DNA of 64,000 nt, taken from Glycera tridactyla (lineage: Eukaryota). The number at the start of each line of letters is the position of its first letter. The first letter of the stretch is position 1. Positions 1-15,468 of this stretch are shown one piece after another. Where the stretch lies: NCBI GenBank assembly GCA_965644265.1, contig OZ286459.1, positions 71,114,001 through 71,178,000 on the forward strand. The letters are read 5' to 3'. The position numbers were made by a program, and so were the translations under genes. Below the pieces are notes generated by a model, which did not search any database, had not been told where the DNA came from, and saw nothing but the letters and a program-made list of their open reading frames with translations.

Positions 1-904
1 TGTGCACAATGTTTGGTACAGTCTTGCTAACGAGAGAGCATATGCCATTTCTCCATGGATGTAACAACAGATTGAAATGCATCAAGGCAAAGTAGCGGCA
101 GTGAGGTTGAAAATCAGATGGGCGGGAAGCCGTAATAGAATATGAGGCTCTGGCAAGGCGATAATGCCATTATGGAGATACAACAAGCTGGTGGCTGAGG
201 GCCAGGTGCATGTACATTATATAGTGGCATTCAACGGTGACTAGGGGGCAGGCTGGTTCCCCGCAACCGGTTGCAAGCCTTGAATAATGTAACGACCTGT
301 CTGGTACACCATGAACAATGCCAGATATATGGTCAACTGACTCAGCAAGGCCATAATTTCAGGCGCCACTAGCCAAGTATACCTTCTAAAGCTGGCATCT
401 CTATCCAATGAAAACATCAAGTTGCGGAGAATGGTGGAAAAAAGATGGACACTGGCATTTGATTTAAAATCGCCTACATCCGTTAACACTTCTCTAGAAC
501 CACACACGTCAACCACGAGTTTCTGCTGCGGGCGGCTTCAATTTTCCGAGCTGCATCCCATCCAAAGTTTCCAGCTTCCTCCCTTACTTGGGGCTACTTC
601 AATCTAGAATGAATCAGGGAAGTCCAATCCACAACGCTTTGACCAACAACGGAGCACATTTAATCAATTGGAAACTGCAAACTGGGACTTTGATTGAATT
701 TCTGTGTGAGCGGCGCTTAGATGGGCGGGGTTAATGTACATGTCATTATCTCAAATCAGACCTCCGATTCCAAACTGATCCAATTCACTGACTACCACAG
801 AGCGGTAATGCCAACATTATGGCTGCCGCTGGCAAAGGTAAAAGGCATCGTAGATTGAGGTTGCCAAGTGGAATGCAAGTACAATTTCACTCACACAATC
901 CCCT

Positions 905-930
905 CACACACACACACACATGCACACACA
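905..930. repeat. (CA)n microsatellite
   Basis: Direct reading. Confidence 0.85.
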
Positions 931-1163
931 ATATGTGGAAATAACTAATGAAAACCTATCAACCTGATCTGCCCTTTTCACCCAGCATTTCATGAGCAGG
1001 ACCTCTACATCATAAGATTTATCGCAGCCTATTCACCCGAAATATATTTCATCGATAAAATTCTGACATCAGTGGAGAGACAGCTTCAATATCAATCCTG
1101 AAGAAATTTTTGTTTGATGACCAATATACAAATTTCTGACCACTTCGCCATTCATTCTTTGAA

Positions 1164-1336
1164 NNNNNNNNNNNNNNNNNNNNNNNNNNNNNNNNNNNNN
1201 NNNNNNNNNNNNNNNNNNNNNNNNNNNNNNNNNNNNNNNNNNNNNNNNNNNNNNNNNNNNNNNNNNNNNNNNNNNNNNNNNNNNNNNNNNNNNNNNNNNN
1301 NNNNNNNNNNNNNNNNNNNNNNNNNNNNNNNNNNNN
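1164..1336. other. Assembly gap
   Basis: N run. Confidence 0.98.
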
Positions 1337-2059
1337 AGAGGGGCAAGAATGAGACGGAGAAATAGGGAGAAAGATACAAGAAGAGAGAATAAAACCGAGT
1401 ATTATCACATATTTTCTACTCCAATCACCAGAAGAATAACCCGATTTCTCAAGATTATACTGAATTGACTTGCAACCATAAAATAGCAGCGCCACAGGGC
1501 TTCAACACAGAAACTTTCTTTTCAACATAAACTTTTGTGATAGTCCAATCTAGACAACTGGCACAGCTGCGGGGCAATCATTCTAACAAACTTGTCCAAT
1601 CTGCTCCAGAGTCTCTAATCAACTTACAAGGATAAAAACTGGAATCGATTGAGCTTGCAGCCAGATTAATAGAATATCTAGAGTGTGACATTATCAGCAA
1701 GATGAAACAAGCTGGCGATGCCGCAATATGTGAATAATTTATATGAATGAGGTCATCGTATTAATTGATACATTATGCAACTTGATCATGACAGAGATAG
1801 GGGCCCCTACTCTCACAAATTTCACCTAATTTGGACTCAATGAAAAGCACATCTATAGCCATCAACAATTTAGCGCAAATTCAATTATGATCTGGGTCAT
1901 CTATGATGCTTTTAATGTACAAATGAATACTAGCCCCCATGGTGTGTCATTAGCCTCCCCCCTCCTGCAATAATCCTACTGGTTCAGCCATATAATGCTA
2001 AGCTGTGGATGCATACTCTTGACTCCCCCCCCCCCCTCCCCTCCCCCTCCCCCACATAC

Positions 2060-2289
2060 NNNNNNNNNNNNNNNNNNNNNNNNNNNNNNNNNNNNNNNNN
2101 NNNNNNNNNNNNNNNNNNNNNNNNNNNNNNNNNNNNNNNNNNNNNNNNNNNNNNNNNNNNNNNNNNNNNNNNNNNNNNNNNNNNNNNNNNNNNNNNNNNN
2201 NNNNNNNNNNNNNNNNNNNNNNNNNNNNNNNNNNNNNNNNNNNNNNNNNNNNNNNNNNNNNNNNNNNNNNNNNNNNNNNNNNNNNNNNN
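2060..2289. other. Assembly gap
   Basis: N run next to a C-tract. Confidence 0.98.
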
Positions 2290-2695
2290 AGAAGACAAGA
2301 GAGTGGAGTGTAGGGGTATTTACCCAGTTCAAGAATGAAAATTACATGACCCTGGTAAGTTGTGCTAACTGGCTTACACCAAACAATCTAACTGCACTCA
2401 TGCCATTGTATACCCGGTACACAACTTCTGATTGGCTCAAAGTCACAGGTGGTTGGCGTACAAGATAAAAGATATGGACTGGGAATGTCCCACCCACGTG
2501 TGCCACACAAGCACCTGGCCTCTCAACTACCTACCATCTGGCCAGGTTCAATGTTTACTCAGGGTTAATCAAATATCCCCGTATAATGAAGGGACCAAAA
2601 GCTTTGCTTCAACTCCAAAACTCTGCCCCCCCCCCCCCCCCCCCTCCCCATACTGACTAAGAATTAGCTTTTGGGACATTTTGCAGCCAGCCAGC

Positions 2696-2706
2696 CTCTC
2701 TCTCTT

Positions 2707-2740
<34 letters not shown>

Positions 2741-2751
2741 TCTCTCTCTCT
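2696..2751. repeat. (CT)n microsatellite
   Basis: Direct reading. Confidence 0.95.
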
Positions 2752-3667
2752 TCATTGGACAAATACCTCATCCAGATGGCATATTTACCACCCTACCAGG
2801 AAAGAGGAAGCCCAATATCCACACCTGTGTAAATTTGAATGGCTGGGAACCTGATCATCCATGAAATATCATGTCATGAAAAATATCAGAGATGGAGGTG
2901 GTGAGCTACTTTGATATTCGGCGGCTATATCATAAAATGTCATTAAATCCATGAACTCATTTCTGACAAATATTATTGGTAAGTGAGTCGGCATAAAGGG
3001 TGTGACTAGGCCTGGTGATCACATTGGTGGGCTGCTTTCATAGAGGTGCCATCCATGTCGCCATCCATGTCTCCATAATCACCGAATCCATTGATCGGGC
3101 ACTAGAAATAAAAGGAGTATTACGGAACCCATCTACACTGGCTGTGTGATATGAGAATAGTAACCATAAATCTATTGAGTGGGATAATTATCGCTGTCTG
3201 CTTGAAGAAAATATTTTTATTGTTATGCCCAAATAATTATGTTTTATGGCATGGAGGGGTGCATGGGCCGAGTACAGTGCATTAATAAGTGGGGGTAAAG
3301 TGAAATACCGCTGGCATGTGGATTTGCACTAATCAACTGAGACAATACAGAGGAGGAGGCAAAGTAGCTTGCCACATCTTTAGATTAACCCTTCAACCAC
3401 CGCATCATTTCAAGTGATCAGCGTAGATCAGGCTTATCACCATCATTCTCAAACATTCACTTTGGAAAGTACAACAGCAACTTTTGTGTCTTTGTAATTG
3501 CTTACCATTCTAGACCAGATATTGTTGGAAGTCTAGATTGCGGCATGAACCTAATTCTTTGGGAATATCCAACATATATCACCAATATATTTTCTACTGC
3601 TGCCTTGCTAGCATGGGTTTCACATCCCTCCTAAAGGTATACACACTGCAACTCACCAGTCAGTATA

Positions 3668-3837
3668 CAGTGAAACCTGCAACAAGAGACCACCAAGGAG
3701 AGGTCACCTCTAATGGGAAACCACTTGCTCAGGGCAGCTTTCCTGTTTGACATAGTCAAATATGCCTTTGTGGAAAGACCATATCTTCCTGAGAGACCAC
3801 TTTTTGGTGACATTCGGGATGGTCTCTAATCACAGGT
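3668..3837 (+). mobile_element. MITE family A (TA-flanked, CAGTG-ended, pogo/Tigger-like), right end eroded
   Basis: Begins TA|CAGTGAAACCTGC..GAGACCACC. Internal cagggcagct..catagtcaaatat..gagaccac..tttttggtgacatt matches the full copy at 52695. Confidence 0.85.
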
Positions 3838-6800
3838 AATTTATATTTATACTGGTTTGAGGATTCTCAATTTGGGATCTGAATGCAATCTGAATGGCAA
3901 ATTAGATCAATTGCTGGAGAATTTTAGACACGCTTTGTAAACAGTCTGTGATATTTGACACAGCTGCTAAAACATCACCTCAAAATGGCTGCTTGCACAG
4001 GGAAGCGCAGGTGACAGTCCTGGAGTGTGCTAGAGTTACCTCACTAGGGTCGAGGTAAACTCAGAATCCAAAGTAGGAGTTTTCAATTGCTATGATTATT
4101 AAAGAAAGAAATTTAGCAGCAAAAAGTGTCCAACTGATTGTATGTTATTCTAAGTCTTAGTGAAACAAATCCCAGGTCTGCGGCACGGGCTGCTAGCAGA
4201 CACGCAGGATGACCAAGGTTCAGCTGCAGACACGGTGAAAAATGGGAGGCCAGGGCTAGTGTCATGCTCTCAGAGACAGCGTGAGACTCGGCATGATTGC
4301 TTCTCATTCACGTGCAGAAGAGATGCGCCAGAAATATTCCAATTTCAGAATTAACAACGAGCCCCCCACCCCTCCCTTTTCTCAACGATGCTTATTTTCT
4401 CTGTATTATGCAGTGGGTGTTAAAGCCACTAAACAGCCACATGCTCCAACAGCAACCTCCCAATATATGCAAGATGCTGGTTGGCCCAGGTTCCCGAAAA
4501 AGTGAACAATTGACTTTTACCTTGAGTGTGAAAGTATTTTTAACAATAAACAACCTATCCATGAAGACTGCTTTTTGATGTGAGCAAAGGCAGTCTCCAC
4601 AGACAGGTTTAAATGTATCCTATATTCAGAAATAAATTGATGATACTTGCCTGAATAAATGTGGAAAACTAACAGAATATAGTTTGCTAACAAAATATAA
4701 ACAGCTGGTAAATAGAGAAAACATCATGAATTCCAAGATTTGTCTTGCTTTTGCAGACGGCTCCAGAAGGCAGGAAGCAAGGAGAGCACAGCCAATAAGG
4801 AGGCCACCTTGGTTATTGTCTCTTCCCGTAATTCTCTTGTCCATTAATTTTACAAAAGGAAGTGGTGGATTATATATGTGGGTGTGCGGCAAGTTTGAGT
4901 CTTTGTCTGGGAAGCAGCAGTATCTAGAGTGATGCTCCATTGTGTCACGTCACATCAACCCCCCCCCCCCCCACCTCTACCTCCATCCTACAGAGGAAGC
5001 TGTGAAGGTGACAACAGCAACAAAAGCAACAGCAACAGCAACAGGGGCCTGGCTTAGCCCACCTGAGACTGTCTGGTTTTCCCCTATAAATGCTAAACCA
5101 TTCTCCAAGTTACACAACCCATACCAAACTCTTCTCACACATAGGCTTCACCTTAACTGACCTGTGTAGTTCCCAAACCAAATCAATCAATCAATCAATT
5201 AATCCAACTGATATCCGCAGAGGCAATAGTTTCACCGAAATGAATGTATTAATAATCTACTACAAACAGCACCTCTCCATAATGGCGACCTGCCTACAAA
5301 GGTCATCTTTCACCTTCATCCATGAAGACCACCCTAATTTTTCTTCACATATTAAGAGTGGCCGTTTATCATATACTGATTACTGGTATGAGTGGGTCAA
5401 TGACAGAGTGATGTCTGCATGTAAAATTCCAGAGATCAAAACTTAATAATTGTACCTCATACATGAAATTTTTGCCAGATATCAAAATTAGGTGCCCAAT
5501 CACAAAAGGGTGTTAATTAGATAGACTGTTGCATCTGGTAAATCAATCGGCTGTTGCCAGCACGACACTTATCTGCAGAACACATGGGGAATATTAATTC
5601 GAGTAAGAGACCCTCAGCGATGTTATCGCTACACTTACTGAGCCTGCTTCTTTTATCTAGTGCCTTTTACGCATGGCCCTGCCGGGATTGGCCTATAGAT
5701 ATCCTCTCTGACATGGGGCCCTAGACTACCCTGGCCAAATGGCCCAGTTTCAAATGGTCCTGGAGTTACCAACCTAGAGCTGAAAAAAAGCATATCCCAA
5801 TGAGACTTGGCTTAAAGACCAACCCCTCAATCAATCTAAAGAAATAATTGCATCGGTGTTTTTTCTGGTTATCCACAGTTATCCCACATGTGTTGGAGAG
5901 AAAATGGAACAAAGGAACAACATGCTCATCAATATGAAGTACTGTGTGACAATGGATAGCCATTTGTCTGAGATTGGCTTCTCCCTCAAACTGGATGAAA
6001 AGTGTTTTAGCAATGGGTGATCAGTGGAGAAGAATTCTACAGAAAACTTTCATATGCTATAATGCTTCCTGACCTGGAAATAGTATTTCAATCTTGCTAA
6101 AATTGTTTCCTAAAAGGTTGTTCATGCTAAAGCGGTCCCAGCATGTCACTGAACATTAATGAGAAAAGAGAAGAGACAGGGAGAGCAGGAGGGGGGAAAT
6201 GAAGAGACAAAGAGGAGTGGGGGGGGGGGGGTACTTCAATGTGTTACAGAATACATCTTGATTGCTACCTATATCCTGAGTACCCAAACCAACACTCAAC
6301 CCCCCCACTCCCCTCCCAAGCTTCCTGCTTTGGGACAAAGAGTGATCCCTTGTTGCTCACTGTTGGAGTTCACCAGCAGTTTCCTTTTGTTTACCACAGT
6401 TCCACAATAGGAGGGCATTTCCATCATGTTGGTTTGCTCTTCACTCTTTCCACCCCAATTATGACATGAAATCATTTTCCTCAGTTTTGCAGAGATGTTC
6501 TGTTGTGCCTTATTTCAGGCTGCAACCAGGATAGGAAGTGAGATGGTTTGTTTTCATTCCATACTTTCTGCTAAGCTAGCTTACCAAATCAGATTATAAC
6601 ACTCAAAAGTTTGGACTTTAATTTATGAATCCCAAAATATAGAATGAAATTTGATATATCCACCTTGAATCTGTGAGAAAAAGTCGAGCAAAAAGTGGTC
6701 TCAATGGACATTTGACGTTTAAATGAATCATTATTAGGGTCATCACTCTGGGTGGTCTTTGGTGGTACATGGTATTTATTAAGCAAGCAGGCTCAAGTGT

Positions 6801-9800
6801 TGTTTGCAGTACATCTATCTGAATGACCTTATTGGATTGCATAAAACCGGGGGAAATATGGTCTTGAAAAAAAGTGGATTGTTGCCTGTGGCAGATTATG
6901 TTGAAAAGGAAGGTGGACTATCAAGACAGGTGGTCCCTCATCAGGGGGTGTTAGATTTGATGGGTTTTAATGCATGATCAGGTGTTGAGACAAAGGACTG
7001 GGTAACATGAGCAGATCAAAGGCTTGATCTTGCCCGAGGTGAGAGCCTCCCCTGGGGCCCACTTCACAGAGAGGTAAGTCCAATCTTACACCTCTGTCTC
7101 TCAATTAGACGTAATTAACCAAACATCAACGAGCAGGAGTTAATTGCACTTCAGAAAAAAAGCCAGATACTAATGAGCCAATTATAAATTGTTGTGTCAT
7201 GGTAACCCCCAACTGATACAAGTAATCAACAGAATTATACTCTACATCAACATGCACCCAGCTCTCCGGGCAACTAAATTTCTCATTCTTTTAAAAATAT
7301 CAACATTCAAACCAGTTCTGATTCAAATTACTTTTCTGTAACAATCTGGTCACCGCTGACTCCATACTAGAAGCATCCCAGTCATTACTTGATAAAGCTA
7401 CATTATAAAATCACAGGTAAAAAGTTGAAGTTCGGGTGGGATTTTGACGTGTCTTGTGTTTGAACTTGGTGTTTCACCGATGAAATGGCCAGCTCATGCA
7501 CTATAGCAACTGGTGGCGCAAGGAGTTAGTAGTAAAATATTGTGCCATGCTTCATACATCAATTGTTGCATCAACATTTGTTATTGATCAGCTAAATATG
7601 TTTATTGCCGCACAGATAGTTTTTCTAACAAGTCAATACTGGATGTGTTTACCATGACCACAATTTTCAATGTGGCTGCATCCCATGAAGGACACACTTG
7701 ATAAATCTTTAGTGCGACTGAAAGCGTGTGCTGTCAATACATGTTTTATCATGTTCAATTCATTATAGCCCCATCAATGTATGACTAGACACTAATAAGA
7801 CGGGTTTTCCAACATTTCATTCTTGATGTTTGCTAAAACACACCAACAAATCTCAGGTAAAACTGGTTGAAACCTGGTTTCGTCTATAGCCCATCATCCC
7901 AATGGCTAAATATATATATATATTACTACTGCACAGGAATGGATTCTTCCTATTTTGTGCAGAGCCACTTTTCCTTTGTCTTCATGTACTTTTTGTTCCA
8001 AATTGAAAAATGGATTGTGAGAATTTTGATCATTAAAAAGGGACAATCCATCTGCATTGGAATTTTTCCAATCATTTCATAGTTTAGGCTTTTAGGGTAA
8101 CTATGATCTCTTTTAGTTGTAAACAGTCACCCACAAGTATAGGGTGAATCTGTCTGGTGCAGACCTGACCAATCTCTTTCACTTTCATGGCAAATGCCCA
8201 ACATTCCACAGAGGATGCCAGGCTGTTGAAAGGCCAGCTCACATAAAAAGAGCACAAGCATGCCATCTCTGACAGCCCATTCTTGAATAGATGTGACGAA
8301 AAATGCTTGGACCAACCACTGTTATATGTAATAGCCCATGAAAGTATTCCATTTCATTGCACCATCAATAGGCTCTCTAATTTGGGCTGTCCCTTATATC
8401 TTTGATACTACACTGAAAAAACAAAATTTCTGCACTCAATATTCTAGATTTTGCAATGTTCACCAAATCATTCAGTTGATGGCAAGAGAATAGGACGAAC
8501 CCAACAAATATACATAGTTGTGCCGATAGTGGCCCTAAGTAGGGTAATACTGAATGAACGTTAGGAAACTTAGAGCAGGGGTTTGCCTGAACTGGGATGG
8601 ATGATGAAATTAATGATTATTGATTGGTGCTTCAGATCAGTCATATGTGCTGTTTGTATACTGTATCATGGGGGTGTCACATTATCCAAATGGTAAGCCA
8701 TGTATAACCACCACCTGGTGTCTTTTGTCAACAACAATCATGTGACCAGTCACATGACCAGTGGTCAAAGTGAGGCTGAGTTGACTGGTGCCAGGCTTTC
8801 TCCCTCCTCCACCTGCCCCTACTTGAGAGGACGCCAAGCCATGTGGGTGCCCCAAGAGATGGTCTGATAGGGATTAACCTGCCCGTACTACTTTGATGAT
8901 ATTGCCGGGACAGATGCGTCAGGGGAGAAGGATTATTAGTGCAGCATATATGTCCCGATCTCATTGCAGTCTCTGGGGGGCCAGAGTGCTTCAAGGGTGT
9001 GAAGTCAACAGCAGCTGGAGTGCCACCAATCACCGGGCCACTTAACACAAACCTCCATATCTCACCTTCCTTCAGATAAAGAATATTGACCCTTTTCCTC
9101 CATTTCACAACACAATGTCCTGGTATTTCATGATTCCATCAGCCAACAGAAAAAAAGCATTTTATTCATCGGAACACAGATAGCTTGAATCTTTTGCTGA
9201 AGTTGTTTAAAAATATGACATAAAATAGAAATCACAGAGACAGTCAGGCTGGTGATTGTAATCCAATGCTGTATAAGTACACCAGATGCTCTAAAAACTA
9301 CTTCACAGACTGGTTGTTGAGTTTGAAGTTTGAGCGACTTTCAGATTTCTGTGATGAGGATCAACACGAACTGTAGTGATACCCATGAACATTTCTCACC
9401 CTTTCAAGGAATACATGCTGCACCCTCAGTTCTTCACAATGCAGATGTTAATCTGGATTTTAAACCCAGAAGAGGGAATGAACACGAGCTAGCACCCGCT
9501 GTCAATATATGCAGCATCAGGGTGCACGGAAGTAAAAATGACAGAATATAAGACTGAGTCATGAAGAAATGAGGAATGATTGATGGGTTTGCTCTAATGC
9601 TTTCATTTACTAAGCAGTTCTTGGTTGTCATAGCAACCAGATAATGTTCATAATACCTCAATCTCCTGTTAATTTACCAGTTACTGCCTGGGAGGCACTC
9701 ATCCGGCATGTAAACTCGTGAAGACACACCACGAGTATCCAGTCGATCCAATCACACAAAATGTTACCTCCCACTTCAATCTTATCATTTTCTATGACCT

Positions 9801-12800
9801 TGGGACTAATACCGCCCTCTTAAGATGTGTGCAGTTCAATGCCTGAGGGAGAAACATTGTTAGAGCTTCCTCAACACTGAACATGCCGCTCCTAATTTCC
9901 AAATTGGCACAAGAGCAGAGTACCATTCAGTAAACTTCGCTAAATTCATTATCTTACCTCAAGCCAGAAAGTAGAGTCTTTTTGCTGATACTTATGAATG
10001 AGAAAATGCGTTGATTCAACTTATGCCTACGTATCATTTGTGGTTCAAGTAGTAGTGCAAAGAAAAGTCCATGATAAACCTGGAAATGTACTAGCTCCCT
10101 TTTAAGTGATGACAACATGCATACAATGCTTTGAAATACAAACTTGTCATGGCAATTTCTCATATAACCCTATCATGCTTCATCCCATTGTTAGATCAAT
10201 CAAATAAAGGGCTGACTGAACTGAATAAAATTAGGCTAAGTGCCAGTACATTCGAAACTGTGTGTTTGTCATTTTTACCACCATCCATCTCTCACCCACA
10301 CCCATTTTTTTTTTTTTTTGGGGGGGGGGGGGTAGGCAGCTGAATGCATATTTGACAGAGAAGGGGGTGTTCATGATGATATGAATGACAGCATCCCGTT
10401 AACAAAACCCACAACTTCAAACTTAAACAGAGAAGTGCAAAAAACCAACAAGAGCACACAAAAATCAATCAAGCATATGGCCTCCAATAGACAAGGCAAT
10501 ATCACAAAACAAAGCCGGGCCACAAGAAGATGCGATTTACTAGAGCTCTAGTTTAGACTGACATGGAAAGTCACTACATGTAGTGGCAGGCCTTCCGTGA
10601 AAGCTGCCAGTATACTACAACAGAAGGCCGCTCCCAGCATCTGTCAATGTTGTTGTTTCTGCTTGGCACATCAAAGGTGATGTTATGCATGAGTGCCCCA
10701 TCTAAATTGGTGTGAACTATGAGGCTGCATTAACCCCCTCACAACCAACACCATTTTCTGCTCATTTTTTACCGTTTCGTTCACAGCATCCACGGATAGG
10801 ATGTCTATACTGGCCAATATCCAATCTATTTTCCATCCACATTCCACTTTGGCTTGTATTCATTTTTCCTCTCTTTTGACTTTGAACTAGATATTCAGGA
10901 CAAAATTAACATTCAGCCAGAGAAACCAACACAAGATTTTCGACAAAGAAAGGGTTAAGCCATTTTGGGCAGATTAATCCATCATTTCACTGTGGAAGTG
11001 TAAATGCAATCAAGCTGAAGTAGGTACTCAAAGTTGCTATGGTTTTCCACAAAAACCCCAACAATGGTCAACGCAAGTGGTCCATGCACTCCAACCCTGA
11101 CTACATGGTGATAATTGGCTTCACTAGTTGAATTATGAAACTAGTTAATCAACATGGAAATTTTTGAACTTGTTTCATCATTTTGGCCCTAATTGCTGTC
11201 TAATTACTAAATATAATCACGGCACAGACTCCATTAGATTAATGAAAGAGCATTAGGTCCAAGGTAAGGATGTTCTCAAGACATCATCAGCTGATAAACA
11301 TCATTAAATTTTAATTGGAGACTTTGCGCGTCCTCACAGGGCCCTCAAACTATTTCTCGCAACATACCATCACAAAAATTACAAAACCAGGATTGTCAAC
11401 CTACTGTTCAAAGGAAAACCAGCACAGTAATTGATAAACCAGTATTTCATATGGCATAAACAAAATGGATGAATTTGGACTGATTGAGTGTTCTGAAACA
11501 ACATAAATTCATAAAGTGACAGAAATGTTTGATGACAATTTTTCATAATGGGTATAATACTTTTGGCAACTTCTCTTTGCTGTGAAAGCAAATTTTCCAG
11601 ACCACACCAGTGTGAATTTCTTGCTGAGTGTTGTTTTTTCAGATGTCTTCCACAGCCATCTTCCAAACTGTTAACTCCCAGATTAAATTCCACAGATTGC
11701 TTAAAGTTGGCAACAGAAAATCGTGTGAGTGGTTGGATCAAATTTAGTACTGAAAAAAAACATTTGGGATTTGGAAAGAGGACAAAGAAAAGCTCTTCAT
11801 CACGGGTTTCATGCTGTGTGACATGATGGGAGGCCATCTTCCATCATGCTGCGGCTAACATGTCAGCAGTCTCGAGAACATCTCAGCCAACACGCAATTC
11901 AAGTCACCACCGTAGATGTGGAGAATTGATGGATGCTTTTTCACTAGCTCGGCTCAAGGAATATATTAAGTATTAATGGAAAGCATCTTTTAAATCGTGG
12001 CAACGCACCGTCACCCGGGGCTATGCCATGACACTCTGATTTCCTGCAGCAGTTTCGACCACATGCCATGTGACAGAATGTTTCAGAGTTTTTGTCCAGC
12101 TCAAAACAGCAGGAGATGATCGTAAAAGCAGCCTCATCTCCATCAAACTTCTTCAGTTTTTCAGCACTAATGCCAAACAGGCCATCAAAACTTCTCCCAT
12201 TTGAAGTTCTTCCCAACATTCACTTCCCCTGATTCCGAAACGGAATGACACCTGCACCAGTGGAAAATCTCATCTTCAAACCAGGGACTTCCCATGTGAA
12301 TGATTCAGAATGAAGGAATCACATCTCTTGAAAGATTCTGTCACAAAACTTGCAGAGGCTTTCTGAATCGCTACCCGTCTTGTAACTGTGAGGACGAATG
12401 CCCAAACATAAAAATACATACCACTGTAAGACTACATGTACATATGCAGACCAACCAACTTGATCTTTCTGTTAGCAAATTGTGAAATAGAAGTAATGGT
12501 GTTCACAGATGCATGCATGTGACAAAGGGAAAATGTGTTAACGACCTAACAATCTCCTCCAGAATATCGTGAGGGATATCTCGACTCTTGATGATAAAAG
12601 TTGTACTAAATCTAATCATAATCATACTACAAGAAAAAATTGGCATGTATTTAAGACTAATGACTCCTTTCCACTGAAAGGAAACATGGGGCTGGCACTT
12701 GTAAGATGACCTAGATGAGAAATGTGGCGAGGAAAATAATGGCTCGTGAATCATGGATGTGACAAGGGGGGGATATTAATCTGATGATAATGCCAGGACA

Positions 12801-14749
12801 AACTGGACGTGACCTCGAGAAATGGCAGCAACCACCCCCAGCCATCTCAACACTTCCAGTTCTGGATCCTATTCTAAGTAAAGATAAGAATAATCGTCAG
12901 TATTACGGATCCAAGAGGACAATACTTGTAATTCTGTATGCAGATTCCAGCATAACCTGCTATACTCCATCCCATGCATCTGAATGGTTAGCTTATCTGG
13001 CTCCCTAGCCTGTATGCTGCCTATTAGAGAGATAGTCATATCGTTGTGATAACAACTGTTGGCCCATGATGGTCTATATTTATCGGGCTGCATTATTGAT
13101 AACCGCAATCATTCACAGTCAGGCCAGAAATGGAGACAGCTGTCCCAAACTAAACATAACCGCCCTTCTGCGGGCCGCCACTTCAACCATATCTGTCCTC
13201 ATCGTTGTGGTAATAGTGGAACAGAGATTTGGCAGGCATAACATTTCAACTGAATGATATCCACCAAAAGGTCACATTTCAATGGTGAAAAGATTATAAA
13301 ATTTTATCTGAAATAACTATCTACTAAAATAATGAGTAATGGCCGAAAACCATGAGAAATCAAGCAGACAGCGTGAGCTGAAGTCTGTATTTTTTACCTG
13401 GTGAGAGCTCACAAAATCAATGCTAAAATTTAAATCGGGTAGTAATGACATGGAATACAATATGAGGGTTTTAAACATCAGGGGCTTGCACCTGGTGATA
13501 GTCAGCTACCACCTGGTGGGGCATTTATCTGTCTAGTATGCGTGTTACCGACTAGCGCTGGATGAAGCCCTAGTCAGGTAACAAAGGGGGTGATGGGAAG
13601 CATAAAGAGAGATGGGTGGCAAGGGTAGGGGGGGGGGGTGCTTCGGAGGCGGGAGACAATAGATGATGGGGTGCTGTTCAATGCAGCCTCCCAACAAACC
13701 AAGAGAAGGCAGCTCCAGAGACTGACAGATGGGGCACACACACAGCCTGCGGTGCCAACCTCCCCCCCCCCAACACACACTTCATAATCTCAACATCCCC
13801 CCCCCCCCTCTGACTACCACAACCTGTTCATTCCAACTCCTTGATAACTTTCAAACAGGAAGGGGAGAGTGTTTCTATATTTTCCCTTCCCATCCATTTT
13901 CTAAATTCAGAATTGCAATCATTCCACAGTAACTTGAACATATCTGGTCCATGACTGGTGACTTGCTATTCTGATGCTGGGACTGGAATCATGATGGGAA
14001 ATCACAGCCGGACATTCTGTCACAAAGCAAAAAGGGGCCCATTTCACTTGAGTCAGTGAGTACTTGAGTCAGTGAGTACTATAATGTTTCAGTAGATTGC
14101 CTGTTGTCCTTGAATAGTTTCATATCAACCGATAGCTGAGTCCATACAAGTGTTCACTCACATTGTAGAGAAACCGACCCCAGAGTTAGACACAAAGGAC
14201 ATAAGGGTGCACATTACTGCCAAGTGAAAGGACATGTATCAAAGGAGAGCTGAGTGGAGGGGGGGGGGTGTTCACCCCCTCCCTCGTACTAACTGTTCAA
14301 TGTTACCCCTTTGTACCTTCATTGATTACACAGCAGCATGTATTGGAATGAGTTGACACCTGGCCATGTATACTGGCCACCTGTCCTGTCTGACACAGTT
14401 CACCAGGTCATTACAAGGTCACCACCCTCCTCCAAGGATGCCATCAGACATGCTCCAATAACTCCCTCCTCTTATCAGAGTTGTATGTCGGCTAATGACT
14501 GCATTTAAATTGTTTACAAGAGCCTTAGTGGGTGACAAGTACACTCCAAGTGTTTTACAAGTTCCAATGATGCAACCCATGTGTAGCAAATTTTTAACTT
14601 AAAAATAAGGGAAATGTATTCTCGATGAAAATTGTAGTGTATTCTGGAGGTTGCGGATTCATCTCCTATAAGAACCTCCAATATTGGGCTTACACATTTT
14701 GTGGACATTTTGCTTGTACATCATGCCACTATCATGAACTCAACAGAAG

Positions 14750-14940
14750 AGTGTGACAAAGGAGAGTGGGCTAGAAAAAGAAAGACACAGGGGAGAGAGA
14801 GAAATTGAGAGAGATGAAGGGAGGGACAAAGAGAAGGTGAGAGAGATGGAGAGAGATGGGAGAGATCAAGTGATAGAGAGATAGAGGGAGGGAAGTGAGA
14901 AAGAGGTGGTGAGAGAGAGAGACAGAGACAGAGAAGTAAA
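14750..14940. repeat. GA-rich low-complexity tract
   Basis: About 190 bp of degenerate (GA)n. Confidence 0.9.
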
Positions 14941-15468
14941 TGTATCCTGGAGCACAGATGGCAATAGTGGGTGCAATTCATGACCCTGACCATGCATATG
15001 TTGTCCTGACATCTCATGAATCCACTCAATGTGGGAATTATAGATGTGATCCATTATGCATGACATTGAGATGTATCGGTAATGATCAAACATTTTCAGA
15101 ACCAATTTCTGGCCAAGTAAGTCATACATTCCACACATATTATATGGTTTATACATGTACGGATTTTGCAATCAGAATATATTCAATGCTAATAACACTG
15201 AGTCCCGCCACTTGTTGCTCATCTGAGAAAATTGTGGCACATGGGCATGTGTGTGTGGGTCAATTTATGATTTTTCAGAATAGAATCAGGTTGGCAGGTT
15301 GGAATTCAATGAGTAACATTTGAAATTTCTCCTCATGATATTCTGATCAGATGACTTCAAAATGATATTTCATATAAATTTCAGAGATGTCTGCTAGTAC
15401 ATGTATTAGTGATAGGGATTGCAGGTGGAGCAAAAAACGGGGAAAAATAGGGAGAAGCCCTCACTCAC

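Noticed and set aside
9958-9984. 27-nt stop-containing pseudo-exon with a strong GAG|GTAAGA donor
   Set aside because: Weak acceptor with another AG 6 nt upstream, and no other support.
14047-14080. 16-bp tandem duplication (also a 12-bp one at 3049-3072)
   Set aside because: Ordinary slippage duplications with no associated element.
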